Shown here piece after piece: positions 47,540 through 56,377 of a stretch of 64,000 bases of DNA (its first letter is position 1; each line of letters begins with the position of its first letter). The notes below the pieces were generated by a model. It made no database searches, was not told where the DNA came from, and worked only from the letters and a program-made list of their open reading frames with translations. The DNA is from Desulfobacterales bacterium (lineage in GTDB: Bacteria; Desulfobacterota; Desulfobacteria; Desulfobacterales; UBA5852). The DNA lies in NCBI GenBank assembly GCA_963674755.2, contig CAXXVS010000002.1:2432001-2496000 (forward strand), in the 5' to 3' direction. Both the position numbers and the translations under genes were made by a program.

Positions 47540-47926
47540 ATGGCGAAAATCGGCAAGCGCACCAAAAGCGATTGGAAAATCGGCGCCCATCCGGTCAACT
47601 CCTACAAAGCCAGGGTCCCCGATCCGGCCGTCCAGCGCAAACGCCGCACCAGCAAAGAAATTCGGCGGGTGATTGCCCGGGCCCTGAACCGGGTGCGGGA
47701 CGACGGCCGCACAGTTCTTTTGACCGCCGAAAGTTACCGGGGCCGGCCCAAACCCAAAACCATGTACCGTGTCGAACTGTTTAAACACAACTACTATGTT
47801 CTGTGCGCGCAGCAGCAGGTCATCACGCTCTTTACATCGGACATGGTGGCCGGTGACAGCCGCAAGGGTCATTTGGTTTTTCGTGACCAGGAGCCCTTCG
47901 AAGAACTTTCATCCTATTATTCATAA
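47540..47926 (+). CDS. Basic hypothetical protein
   Basis: AAGGA RBS; K/R-rich 128-aa ORF with compact gene spacing. Confidence 0.65.
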   Translation: MAKIGKRTKSDWKIGAHPVNSYKARVPDPAVQRKRRTSKEIRRVIARALNRVRDDGRTVLLTAESYRGRPKPKTMYRVELFKHNYYVLCAQQQVITLFTSDMVAGDSRKGHLVFRDQEPFEELSSYYS

Positions 47927-47980
47927 CGCCCGGGGCGACGGGAATTTCACGCCCTTCCCACCCCCACAGGGAGGTTTTCT

Positions 47981-48391
47981 TTGCATCAGGACTTTCATAT
48001 CGATTATCGCCACAGTGCGGGCAATCTGCATATCCAGCTTTCCGGCACGTTCAACCTCATGTGCGCCTGGGCGCTTTACAAAACCATCAAACAACAGAAC
48101 GCTGGCTCGGGTCGCATCTTTGTCAATACCAAGGGACTTACGAAGGTTATCACCGGCGATGCGGAGCGGTTCAAAGGATACATGGTACAGGGAAGAATGC
48201 CCCCGGACTGGCTTTATTTTAAAGGCGAGAAAGGATTGGCTATCGCACCGAACGGGAGCCGGGTACTCATTTGCAAAACACCAGACCGCAGAAGGCGTGA
48301 GCCCTTCCCGACCCTGAAACCATGCGGTTCAAAACCGCATCGCTTTTTATTACCCGATCACAAAAGGAGAAAAAGATGGGCAAAGCATTGA
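47981..48391 (+). CDS. STAS-like hypothetical protein (paralog of 20191)
   Basis: GGAGG RBS, TTG start; NLHIQLSGTFNLMCAWAL, RIFVNT, FKGEKG, IAPNGSRVL. Confidence 0.65.
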   Translation: MHQDFHIDYRHSAGNLHIQLSGTFNLMCAWALYKTIKQQNAGSGRIFVNTKGLTKVITGDAERFKGYMVQGRMPPDWLYFKGEKGLAIAPNGSRVLICKTPDRRRREPFPTLKPCGSKPHRFLLPDHKRRKRWAKH

Positions 48392-48825
48392 TTCTTTTCG
48401 GTTCCACCACCGGCAATACCGAGGATATGGCCGGCACGGTTCAAAAAGCACTGGAAGACGCCGGACTGCAAACCGTGTTGAAAAATGTCATGGAGGCTAC
48501 CGTAAACGATTTGGCCGCCGACAACGACCTGATTGTTTTGGGATGTCCCGCCTATGGTGATGACAGTATCGAGTTGCAGGAAGATTTCGAAGAATTCTAC
48601 GAACAAATGGACAGTGTCCAACTGAACGGCAAGCCCTTTGCCGTTTTTGCGCCTGGTGACAGCTCCTATGAATACTTCTGCGGTTCGGTCGACAAGCTCG
48701 AAGAAAAAATGACCGAACTCGGGGGCAAACTGGTGCAGGACGGACTGAAAATCGACGGCGACCCGGCCGACTACCAGGACGAAATCGTCGGTTGGGCCCA
48801 ATCCGTCGCCGGGGAGTTTGCGTAA
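48376..48825 (+). CDS. fld: Short-chain flavodoxin
   Basis: FGSTTGNTE, LGCPAYG, LQEDF, GDSSYEYFCGSVD, LKIDGDP. Confidence 0.95.
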   Translation: MGKALILFGSTTGNTEDMAGTVQKALEDAGLQTVLKNVMEATVNDLAADNDLIVLGCPAYGDDSIELQEDFEEFYEQMDSVQLNGKPFAVFAPGDSSYEYFCGSVDKLEEKMTELGGKLVQDGLKIDGDPADYQDEIVGWAQSVAGEFA

Positions 48826-48981
48826 CCCTCCGGATCGGCTCCGATTGCCATGGACCATAGCGGTCATCCATCCATGGCTTGCGGCCGACCCCCACGACCC
48901 GCCAGAGGCCGGCCATCCTCTCTCCCTGGAGGGATGCCGGCTTTGGCGGTGGTTATCTGCGGATAGTGGAACAAGGGGAGC

Positions 48982-49377
48982 ATGTCACCGCAGCAGCGAC
49001 AAACATATTGTACGGCCAAATATTTAAGGATGATCCTGCGGCTGGAGCGCCAGGAGGGATGCATACGTGTCAAAAACCTCGCCCGCGAGCTGGGGTTGCG
49101 CAAGGGATCGGTCAGCGGGGCTTTGAAAACCCTAAGGGAGAGGGGACTGGTCGATTACCGCCCCTACCAACCGATCCGACTGACAGAGGCGGGGCGGGAA
49201 ATGGCGGAAAAAATTGCCGGACATCATTGCATCATCGCCTGTTTTCTCAGGAAAACCCTTAGGATGTCCCCCAAGACCGCAGAAATGTCCGCTGCCCGCA
49301 TGGGATCGGTTGTGGATGAGGCGGTGGTTGCGCGTATGCGGCACTATCTGGAACGCTCTCCCACCGAAGTTTTTTAG
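48982..49377 (+). CDS. Second, divergent DtxR/MntR-family regulator
   Basis: YL..I, IRVKNLARELGLRKGSVSGALKTL, YRPYQPIRLTEAG; the ACKMEH metal motif is replaced by AARMGS. Confidence 0.75.
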   Translation: MSPQQRQTYCTAKYLRMILRLERQEGCIRVKNLARELGLRKGSVSGALKTLRERGLVDYRPYQPIRLTEAGREMAEKIAGHHCIIACFLRKTLRMSPKTAEMSAARMGSVVDEAVVARMRHYLERSPTEVF

Positions 49378-49476
49378 TAATCGCCAAACTGGCCTTAATA
49401 GGACAAAGGGGATAACACACCCAAACGACACGACAACCCTGTCTTTTGTGCCCTCGCTGGGCCTCCCGAAAGGAAA

Positions 49477-50346
49477 ATGACCATGTTTCCTCACCAGAAC
49501 TACCGGCGTTTCTTTTGCACCCTGGCCGCTTTTGTCCTTTTGGCCTTCATGCTTCCCACAGCGTCTGTGGCCCACTCCCTGTACATTCAGTCCGGCCGCC
49601 ACCAGGTGTCGGAAGGCAAAGCCTCGCCGCTTTTCTTCTGCTACGGCCACCACTTTCCGGTGGACGACGCCATCCGCCGCCAAAAGCTCGCCTATGTCCG
49701 GGTGATCGCGCCGGACGGGGTTGCCAACGAGGTTGCCCTGCGGGACGATCGGTCCCTGCACTCCTATCCCATCACCTATGAGATCCCCGGCACCTACGTC
49801 CTGACTGCCGAAACCCGTCCGGGTTATTTTGCCATGTACATCGACAATAAAGGGCGCAAGCGTCATTCCCTGAAACCGATGGACACCTTTGCCGACAAGG
49901 CCCAAGAGATCCTGTCAAGCATGCGCAGCAGCCAGTGGGCTAAAAGCTACGTCTTGTGCGGGGCATCCCCCAAGCCCTTTCCGGCCCGAGTGGGGCTCCC
50001 CCTGGAGCTCGTACCGACCCGCGACCTGTCCCAACTTAAAAAAGGCGACCGAATTGAGCTGCAGGTGTACAACGATGGCCAGCCGTACGACGGAAAGGGC
50101 TTCTGGGACGCTACCTATACGGGTTTTTCCACCGAAGCCGAGGATCTCTATATCCAGAAGACGCCCTGCGATGCCGGTCAATTCAGCGTACCCATCGATG
50201 TCAGCGGCCGCTGGTTTATCCGTTTTTACACCAAAACCCCCGCCCCCGAGGAACGCCAAAAAGAATACCTGACTGAAAAGCGCACCGCCACCCTGGTTTT
50301 CGAAGTCCGCAATGAACGCCGCAGGCCTGCGCTCGATTCGCATTGA
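49477..50346 (+). CDS. DUF4198-family periplasmic protein, copy 2
   Basis: SVA|HSLYI, CYGHHFP, QWAKSYV, GLPLELVP, GRWFI. Confidence 0.75.
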   Translation: MTMFPHQNYRRFFCTLAAFVLLAFMLPTASVAHSLYIQSGRHQVSEGKASPLFFCYGHHFPVDDAIRRQKLAYVRVIAPDGVANEVALRDDRSLHSYPITYEIPGTYVLTAETRPGYFAMYIDNKGRKRHSLKPMDTFADKAQEILSSMRSSQWAKSYVLCGASPKPFPARVGLPLELVPTRDLSQLKKGDRIELQVYNDGQPYDGKGFWDATYTGFSTEAEDLYIQKTPCDAGQFSVPIDVSGRWFIRFYTKTPAPEERQKEYLTEKRTATLVFEVRNERRRPALDSH

Positions 50347-50510
50347 CACCCATTGGTCGCCAATCGCGCCGGGTCGCATTGACCGTTACCGATGGCATTG
50401 GTATAAACAGATATTGATGCTACCAGTGGTTCGACGGGAATGTGATGGCGCGCAAACACGTATCGTTCATATTGCATTGAGTAAAACGCTGCCGGGCCGC
50501 GGGGCTAATC

Positions 50511-51086
50511 ATGCTGGCGGCCCTGTTGCTGCCCCTGCCGGCCCCGGAAGCCCATCCCCATGTATTTATCGTGCAGCGTCTGACACTTGTATTCGACGCT
50601 GAAGGACTGGGCGGAATCAAGGTCTGGTGGAAATTCGACGACATGTTCGCCAGCATGATTGCCGAGGATCATGATACGAACCGGGACGGTCGTCTGGAAG
50701 CCGAAGAGGTGCAGTCGGTAAAGGAGAATGCTTTTGCCTTCATCAAAACTTACAACTACTTCACCTTTATCCGGATCGACGGCCGACCTTTCGACGTGAA
50801 GTTCGTCAAAGACTTCAACGCCGTTCTTGAAGACAATCGTCTGGTCTACGAATTCTTTATCCCCTGCCATGTGACAGCTATCACTGCTCCCAAAAAGCTG
50901 GCCATCGTCACCTACGATCCCAACTATTACTCGGCCATTTATTTTACCCAGAAGGCCCCGGTTTCCCTGAGCGCCGCTGATGCCTATGAGGTCAAGACCG
51001 AAGTACGTGAAGATCCGGACACGTCGATCTATTATGATATGGTCCACCCCTGGGCGCTCTTCCTGGAATTTCGGAAAAGGGTATGA
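50511..51086 (+). CDS. DUF1007-family periplasmic protein
   Basis: AHPHVF, W.FDDMF, DTNRDGRLEAEE, YFTFI, YDPNYY; signal peptide is short, so the start may be eroded. Confidence 0.8.
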   Translation: MLAALLLPLPAPEAHPHVFIVQRLTLVFDAEGLGGIKVWWKFDDMFASMIAEDHDTNRDGRLEAEEVQSVKENAFAFIKTYNYFTFIRIDGRPFDVKFVKDFNAVLEDNRLVYEFFIPCHVTAITAPKKLAIVTYDPNYYSAIYFTQKAPVSLSAADAYEVKTEVREDPDTSIYYDMVHPWALFLEFRKRV

Positions 51087-51507
51087 AGCGTTTTTGGCTT
51101 GCGGCGATCATGTTGACCATCAGTGTAGCGGCGGCTGCACCCACCTGGGCTCAAAACCCTTTCACGGACAAACCGGGAATTCAGCAAAAAACACCCGCCC
51201 CCCCCATCAAGAACAAGTTCTTCGTCAAAATCGTCCTGTGGCAGCACCAATGGTCATGCTCTTTTGCCTGTCCATGGATGTGATGGTGCTGGGTCTGGTG
51301 CTGGTCGGCTGCCTGGCACTCGGCATGGCCACCACCATTTCCATCGTTGTAATCGCCGTGACCTTGGGCAAAAGCGGTCTGTTCACCCTGGTCTCCGACC
51401 AGCGGGCCCACACCATCGAAGGCATCCTGGGGCTTGTCTCCGGGGGAGCCCTTGCCGCTTTCGGGGTTGTTTTCCTTCTGGCCACCGTCCAGGCCGCCTA
51501 CTTTTGA
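51083..51507 (+). pseudogene. Internally deleted, frameshifted NicO/RcnA-like Ni/Co permease
   Basis: N-terminal piece (signal, QNPF, KIVLWQ) in one frame joins the C-terminal TMs (VMLFCLS, ALGMATTIS) in another frame near 51250; core HxxGPGHGK/PC motifs absent; follows DUF1007 as usual for this pair. Confidence 0.65.
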
Positions 51508-51532
51508 CCTTATAGGCGCCGTAGTTACAATT

Positions 51533-52837
51533 CTATTGGCCTACCAGGCGCCAGACAACGCCTGACGCCGCTCCCAACGGCACCAGGTAATGAATGGGCA
51601 GGTGCCATTTCTGCAGCAGCACCAGGGAAACCACCGCGGATGCCGCCGCAAAAAAATCGATGCCGCCCTCGGGCAGCACGACTTTGTAGCCGAACCAGAC
51701 GGCCAGATTGAGCACCACCCCCACCACCGCCGCGGTGACACCGGTGAGGGCAGCCTGCAAGCGCTGATTGCCGGCCATGGCCTCGATGAAAGGGGCGCCT
51801 GCAAAGATGAAGAAAAAGCAGGGCAGAAAGGTCACATAAGTGGTCACGAGGGCGCCGGCGATGCCGGCCGTCAGCGGGGTGAGCCCGCCCGGCAGGTTCC
51901 AGGCCGCCAGAAACCCCACGTACTGGGTCACCATGATCAGGGGACCAGGGGTTGATTCGGCCAGACCGAGACCGATCATCATCTGAGGAGTGGAAAGCCA
52001 CCCGCTGGAGACGGCCACATCCGTGATATAGCTCAGCACGGCATAGGCGCCGCCGAAGGTCACAAAAGCCGCCTTGGTAAAAAACAACCCGAGCTGGGTC
52101 AGCGTGTGGCCACCCTGCCAGAGCCAAAGCCCTCCGACGGCCAGCCCCCACAGGAAAAAGCAAACCAGAAATACCCGGATGACATGGAAAAGGGTTGGCC
52201 GGGATCTGGTCCCGGCCTCGTCCTGCTCGTCTTCGATGCGGCACTCCCGGGTCTCCCGGTCGAAGCGTCCTTTGCAGAAGACCTCGGGCAGACGCCGCTG
52301 CAGGAGCAGCCCCCCGATGGCGGCCGCCGCCACGATAGCCGGGAACGGGATTTTCAGAACAAAAATGGCGATAAAGGCCAGGGCCGCAAAGAGATAGAGC
52401 ACACCATGTTTGAGGGCCTTCTTGCCGATGCGCCATACCGCTTCGATCACCACGGCCACCACCACCGGCTGGATGCCGTAAAAGGCGGCCGCCACGGCCG
52501 GAACGTCGATATGGGCCACCGCCAGGTAGCTCAGGGCCAGCATGATGAAAATCGACGGGATCACGAACAGCGCCCCGGCCGCGATGCCCCCCAGGGTGCC
52601 ATGCAGGCGCCAGCCGATATAGGTGGCCAGCTGCTGGGCTTCGGGGCCGGGCAGCAGCATGCAGAAATTCAAGGCCCGCAGGAACTGGTTTTCACCGATC
52701 CAACGGCGGCGCTCCACCACTTCCTGATGCATGACGGCGATCTGGCCGGCAGGCCCGCCGAAGCTGATGAATCCCAGTTTGGCCCAAAATTTGAGAGCCT
52801 CCTTGAAGGACGTCGGGGACGGGGGTGATGTCGTCAT
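51533..52837 (-). CDS. chrA: Chromate efflux transporter ChrA
   Basis: LGFISFGGPAGQIA, LPGPEAQQLA, TFGGAYAV, AESTPGP. Confidence 0.95.
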   Translation of the reverse strand: MTTSPPSPTSFKEALKFWAKLGFISFGGPAGQIAVMHQEVVERRRWIGENQFLRALNFCMLLPGPEAQQLATYIGWRLHGTLGGIAAGALFVIPSIFIMLALSYLAVAHIDVPAVAAAFYGIQPVVVAVVIEAVWRIGKKALKHGVLYLFAALAFIAIFVLKIPFPAIVAAAAIGGLLLQRRLPEVFCKGRFDRETRECRIEDEQDEAGTRSRPTLFHVIRVFLVCFFLWGLAVGGLWLWQGGHTLTQLGLFFTKAAFVTFGGAYAVLSYITDVAVSSGWLSTPQMMIGLGLAESTPGPLIMVTQYVGFLAAWNLPGGLTPLTAGIAGALVTTYVTFLPCFFFIFAGAPFIEAMAGNQRLQAALTGVTAAVVGVVLNLAVWFGYKVVLPEGGIDFFAAASAVVSLVLLQKWHLPIHYLVPLGAASGVVWRLVGQ

Positions 52838-52952
52838 ACAGCCTCCCTTGAAGCGCTACGAAGCAGGAAAACCACCTATGGGGCAAACGGAAATGATCGG
52901 CCGGCCAGCTGATTCCGGTTGGCCGGCGTCGAACCGGCCAGCCGGAGTTGTC

Positions 52953-53264
52953 TCAGGAAAGCCCGGTGGATGTGTCGACCTCACAGCGGTTCTCGGGACA
53001 GAAGACATCCAGCCAGAAGCTTTTCTTGGCCTGAGGGTCTTCACAGGAGACCGGCACGCGGAGGCGCTCTTCTTCGATGAAACAGGCGTCGTCCGGGCAA
53101 AAGACTTCCAGCCAGACGCCTTTTTTATGGCAGGCCGTCTCGTAGGCCTTCTCCTGCTCAGACAGACTATGGCGCTTGTCTTCCGACAGCACCTGGGCAT
53201 GACGTAGGAAAACACGCTTGCGTTTTGACGCGTTGGTTTCATGGGGTTCGTTGTGATGTGTCAT
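52953..53264 (-). CDS. Small Cys-rich protein with duplicated WL(E/D)VFCP motif
   Basis: AAGGAG RBS; GVWLEVFCPDDAC and SFWLDVFCPENRC. Confidence 0.65.
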   Translation of the reverse strand: MTHHNEPHETNASKRKRVFLRHAQVLSEDKRHSLSEQEKAYETACHKKGVWLEVFCPDDACFIEEERLRVPVSCEDPQAKKSFWLDVFCPENRCEVDTSTGLS

Positions 53265-54120
53265 GGTTTATCTCCTTATATGCAGGCAACGGGATGTCGC
53301 GGCCGTAAACCACGAAACCTGCCGTGCCGATGATCCCGAAGACCAAGGCGGTCACCAGATTGGTCTCCGGGCTGATTTGCCAAAGCATCGCCCCGCCGAA
53401 AGCGGCCAGGGATACGACCACATCCCGGATCAGGTAGTAAAGCCCGAACATGCCGGCTTGGCAGGTTTCCGGCGCCAGATCCATGATCAGGGACTTGCGG
53501 GTGGGCTCGCCGAACTCCTTGAGCCTCCGCAGGACAAAGGCTGCCATCAACCATTCGAAGGAGTGGCTGAACAGCAGCACAAGGGGAAAAAGCGTAAAAA
53601 AGCCGAAAGTGATGAGCACGAAGGGCTTCTTGGTGGTCCGGTCGGCCAGGTAGGCCACCGGAATGTAGACCAGCACCGCCGTTGCCATTTCAATGGCGGT
53701 CAACCAACCGAACTGCAGGGCCGACACGGGTTCGGCGATCACCTTCATGCTCCAGACGACCACGAAGGCGTAGGGGATCTGCTCGCAGAAACGGATGAGG
53801 ATGTCGGTGACCAGCAGCCGTTTCATGGCGGGATTCATGATCCTCGGCAATTTGATCGGACTCTTCTCGGGCGTGAGGGGACAGGAATCACCGGACGATA
53901 CGCGCTCCGGTCGGTCGTCCGCGATCATGCGCTGTTGCAGGAACAACGCCGCCACCGTCATGGCCAGGGCCATGATGTAGATGGGCAGGAAACGCTCGGC
54001 CATGCGCTCGCCCATGCCCACCAGCACCACCATGGCCAGCATACCGACGGTGCTGCGCTGAAGACCGAGGAAACCGCTCAGCCGGGAGGCCCTCGTTTTT
54101 AAGGCGTCCGATGTGGCCAT
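53239..54120 (-). pseudogene. MFS transporter with an in-frame internal deletion of most of the N-terminal half
   Basis: TM1 (GMGERMAERFLPIY) runs directly into a TM6-like ALAMTVAALFLQQ; C-terminal half looks intact (YLADRTTKKP, EFGEPTRK, FGLYY); about 293 aa. Confidence 0.6.
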
Positions 54121-54235
54121 GGTCACGCCCTTATCCTTCGCGCCAAGCCACATGGGCCTGGAATCGCATATTCCATTGCATGTCGAAATTCCCGGCGCAT
54201 CCCTGGTCGGCTGGCGCCCATCAGCCGCAGGCGAT

Positions 54236-55207
54236 TCAGCGCGCCTTCTGGCGCCGGTAATGCGCATATAAATGGTCCATCAGCTGCATGCCGAGATCCA
54301 GCCGCCGCCCGTCGTCCGGCTCCGCGGCGGCCAGCCCGTTCAGCAACGCCTTCACGCCGTCCGTTTCGGCGCGCCGGTATTTGGCATCCTTCAGATCGAT
54401 GTCGTGGATGACTTCGGACAACGCTCCCAGACCCGGATTCCCAAGGCCAAGCCGTTGCACCATGACTTCAAACGTGCAGTGCTCCCCTTCGTGGGTGAAG
54501 TCGCCCTCAAACATGTCGAACCGGACCTCGTTCGGCCCGGCGGCATGGGTTTCGGGATCGACGAATTGGATGTCGGCATCCTCCTCCACGAAGCGTCGAA
54601 TAAGCCAGCCGCAGGCAATGCGATCCACGAAGATATTGCGCCGCGTCACCCACGTCTTGCCGCGCAATTCAGCGCGTTTGCCAGGGAGGCCGGTTTCCGC
54701 GCTCTCGCCCGCAAGGCGTGAGGATAGATCCCGGATCAGCAACTCCGCCGTCCCCCGCTCCGGCGCCCTGAAAAAATCGATGGCGGCAACCTCGTCGAAC
54801 CGCCGCTGCAACCTGGCGACCTGGGTCGCCGCTTTGGTTGCCGGATCCTGGGGATTGATGGCGTGCGCCGCCCATTCCGTTAGCAGGAGATTCGCCTCCT
54901 GGATGATTCTTCCATAGTCCGCCTTACGGGCATTCTGAAACAGGGCGATCACCTGATCGTCATTGAGTCCCTCCTTGAACCGCACTTCGGATATGGAACC
55001 ATCTCCCCCGCCGTCCACGATTTCCCTGAGGGTCCAGTTCAGATCCTCCAGGGAATGCTCGCAAGCGGGCATGACGTATACCGACGGTTTGATGGCCACC
55101 GCCCCCACCTGCTGCAATCGTCGCCAGATCTTGACCCTGAGGGCGTTGGGTTCGGGGGGGAGCTGATGAATCAGGAGAAGCCACTTGTCATGCGATGAGG
55201 TTGCCAT
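54236..55207 (-). CDS. chrB: Chromate resistance regulator ChrB
   Basis: WLLLIHQLP...RVKIWRRL..GA, IDFF, WVTR....DRIACGWLIRRF, FDM...FTH.G..CTFE, HDIDLKD. Confidence 0.92.
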   Translation of the reverse strand: MATSSHDKWLLLIHQLPPEPNALRVKIWRRLQQVGAVAIKPSVYVMPACEHSLEDLNWTLREIVDGGGDGSISEVRFKEGLNDDQVIALFQNARKADYGRIIQEANLLLTEWAAHAINPQDPATKAATQVARLQRRFDEVAAIDFFRAPERGTAELLIRDLSSRLAGESAETGLPGKRAELRGKTWVTRRNIFVDRIACGWLIRRFVEEDADIQFVDPETHAAGPNEVRFDMFEGDFTHEGEHCTFEVMVQRLGLGNPGLGALSEVIHDIDLKDAKYRRAETDGVKALLNGLAAAEPDDGRRLDLGMQLMDHLYAHYRRQKAR

Positions 55208-55225
55208 TCAGATATCCAATTCAGA

Positions 55226-55264
55226 TGTTACGTTGAAATTGTAACAGGTGTGACATCATGTCAA
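55226..55264 (-). promoter_or_regulatory. chrB promoter with inverted-repeat operator candidates
   Basis: TGTTAC-N9-GTAACA (55226-55246); TGACATCATGTCA palindrome (55251-55263) overlapping a minus-strand TTGACA. Confidence 0.55.
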
Positions 55265-55861
55265 TGCCCACCTGAATGTTTGGTCCGGCATTGGCCGGCG
55301 GCCGAAGGACCACCATGGAAGGTCACCCTTTTGTATGGGAGATGAAACCAAAAGGTCGGAATTGAAGCGAACAGCCAGGCATCCTGTCAAAAGCTTCGGG
55401 GGGTCGGCATTGGCCGGATAGGCCGGTGTGTCCAGCGGATCTCCCGGATAGATCCGGTAGAAAACACGTCACCTAGCCAGGGCCTGATAGGGAATCTTTT
55501 GGGGAAAGGGGCTCCGGTCGCCAGGGCCTCGGAAAAGGGGATCCCAGGCGCTGCCGACCGTGATGAATACTGCGGTGTCATCCGGTCCCCGGGCAACGTC
55601 AGCCTCCGCCTGCCGATCGAATTTAGGAAGGATGCCGCCGACCGGCGCCAGCTTTCAATACCGCCCGTCGCAATAGAACCGCCAGGCCCCCTCCCGGCAG
55701 AGAATTTCAGCGGGAGGAGGGCCTGGACCCGTACGTGATGGCAACGCTTGCCCGCCTTCGATCGCATGAGGATGCACGCGCGACAGAGATCCCCGCCGGG
55801 TCGGCAAGCAGCCGTGGCGCTCACCTGCGGGTTGGCCGCGCTGCCCGGATGTCTGACGGTC

Positions 55862-56377
55862 TTATTTGTCAAATGGAGTATACATAAACGGTATCTCGAA
55901 GGTGCCGTCCGGAGACTTGCCCGTCATTCCATTATAACCGATGGCGAGGGCCACCGCCCCGGCAGGTATGGTTTGATCACGATGGAAGAGGCGTACTTTA
56001 GGATTTCGGGCGTCAAAGTCAGTGAAGTCCACAAAGGAGAAAAAGTTTTTAATGCTGATCACCTCGCCGCGCGCATCCAGAAAATAGAGGTGAAAGACCA
56101 GCTCATTGATGCTATCAAAGCGGATCTTGCTCGTGCCCCAGATTTTCAATTGATCGCCGACCCTGCGGCACTGGTAGTCAATCGTCATGGCGTTGGTTTC
56201 GAAAGCCCCGGAACTGGTCTGCCCCGGGCTGGGAATGGCCACCCGATTGGCTTCGGGCACCACGCGCCCCATATCCCCCTGACCGAAGGTTTGGCAGCCT
56301 GCCAGCCCGACCGCCATAAAAATCCCGATGAGCATCATGCCAACCGCTGTCTTGCGCTTTATCGAAATTGCGTTCAT
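55862..56377 (-). CDS. Hypothetical lipoprotein
   Basis: Lipobox LAG|C after a basic/hydrophobic N-terminus; LYFLDARGEVI. Confidence 0.65.
   Translation of the reverse strand: MNAISIKRKTAVGMMLIGIFMAVGLAGCQTFGQGDMGRVVPEANRVAIPSPGQTSSGAFETNAMTIDYQCRRVGDQLKIWGTSKIRFDSINELVFHLYFLDARGEVISIKNFFSFVDFTDFDARNPKVRLFHRDQTIPAGAVALAIGYNGMTGKSPDGTFEIPFMYTPFDK

Noticed and set aside
49374..49387. Additional DtxR-type box TTAGTAATCGCCAA before the second DUF4198
   Set aside because: Right half is too degenerate, with no 19-bp-phased partner or adjacent TTGACA
17700..55300. Integrative mobile element or prophage boundaries for the island
   Set aside because: No integrase, transposase, tRNA or flanking direct repeats were seen; 'island' is used in a functional sense only
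55280..55860. Gene or ncRNA in the gap between chrB and the lipoprotein
   Set aside because: The ORFs lack an RBS or motifs, and I could not support a defined RNA structure
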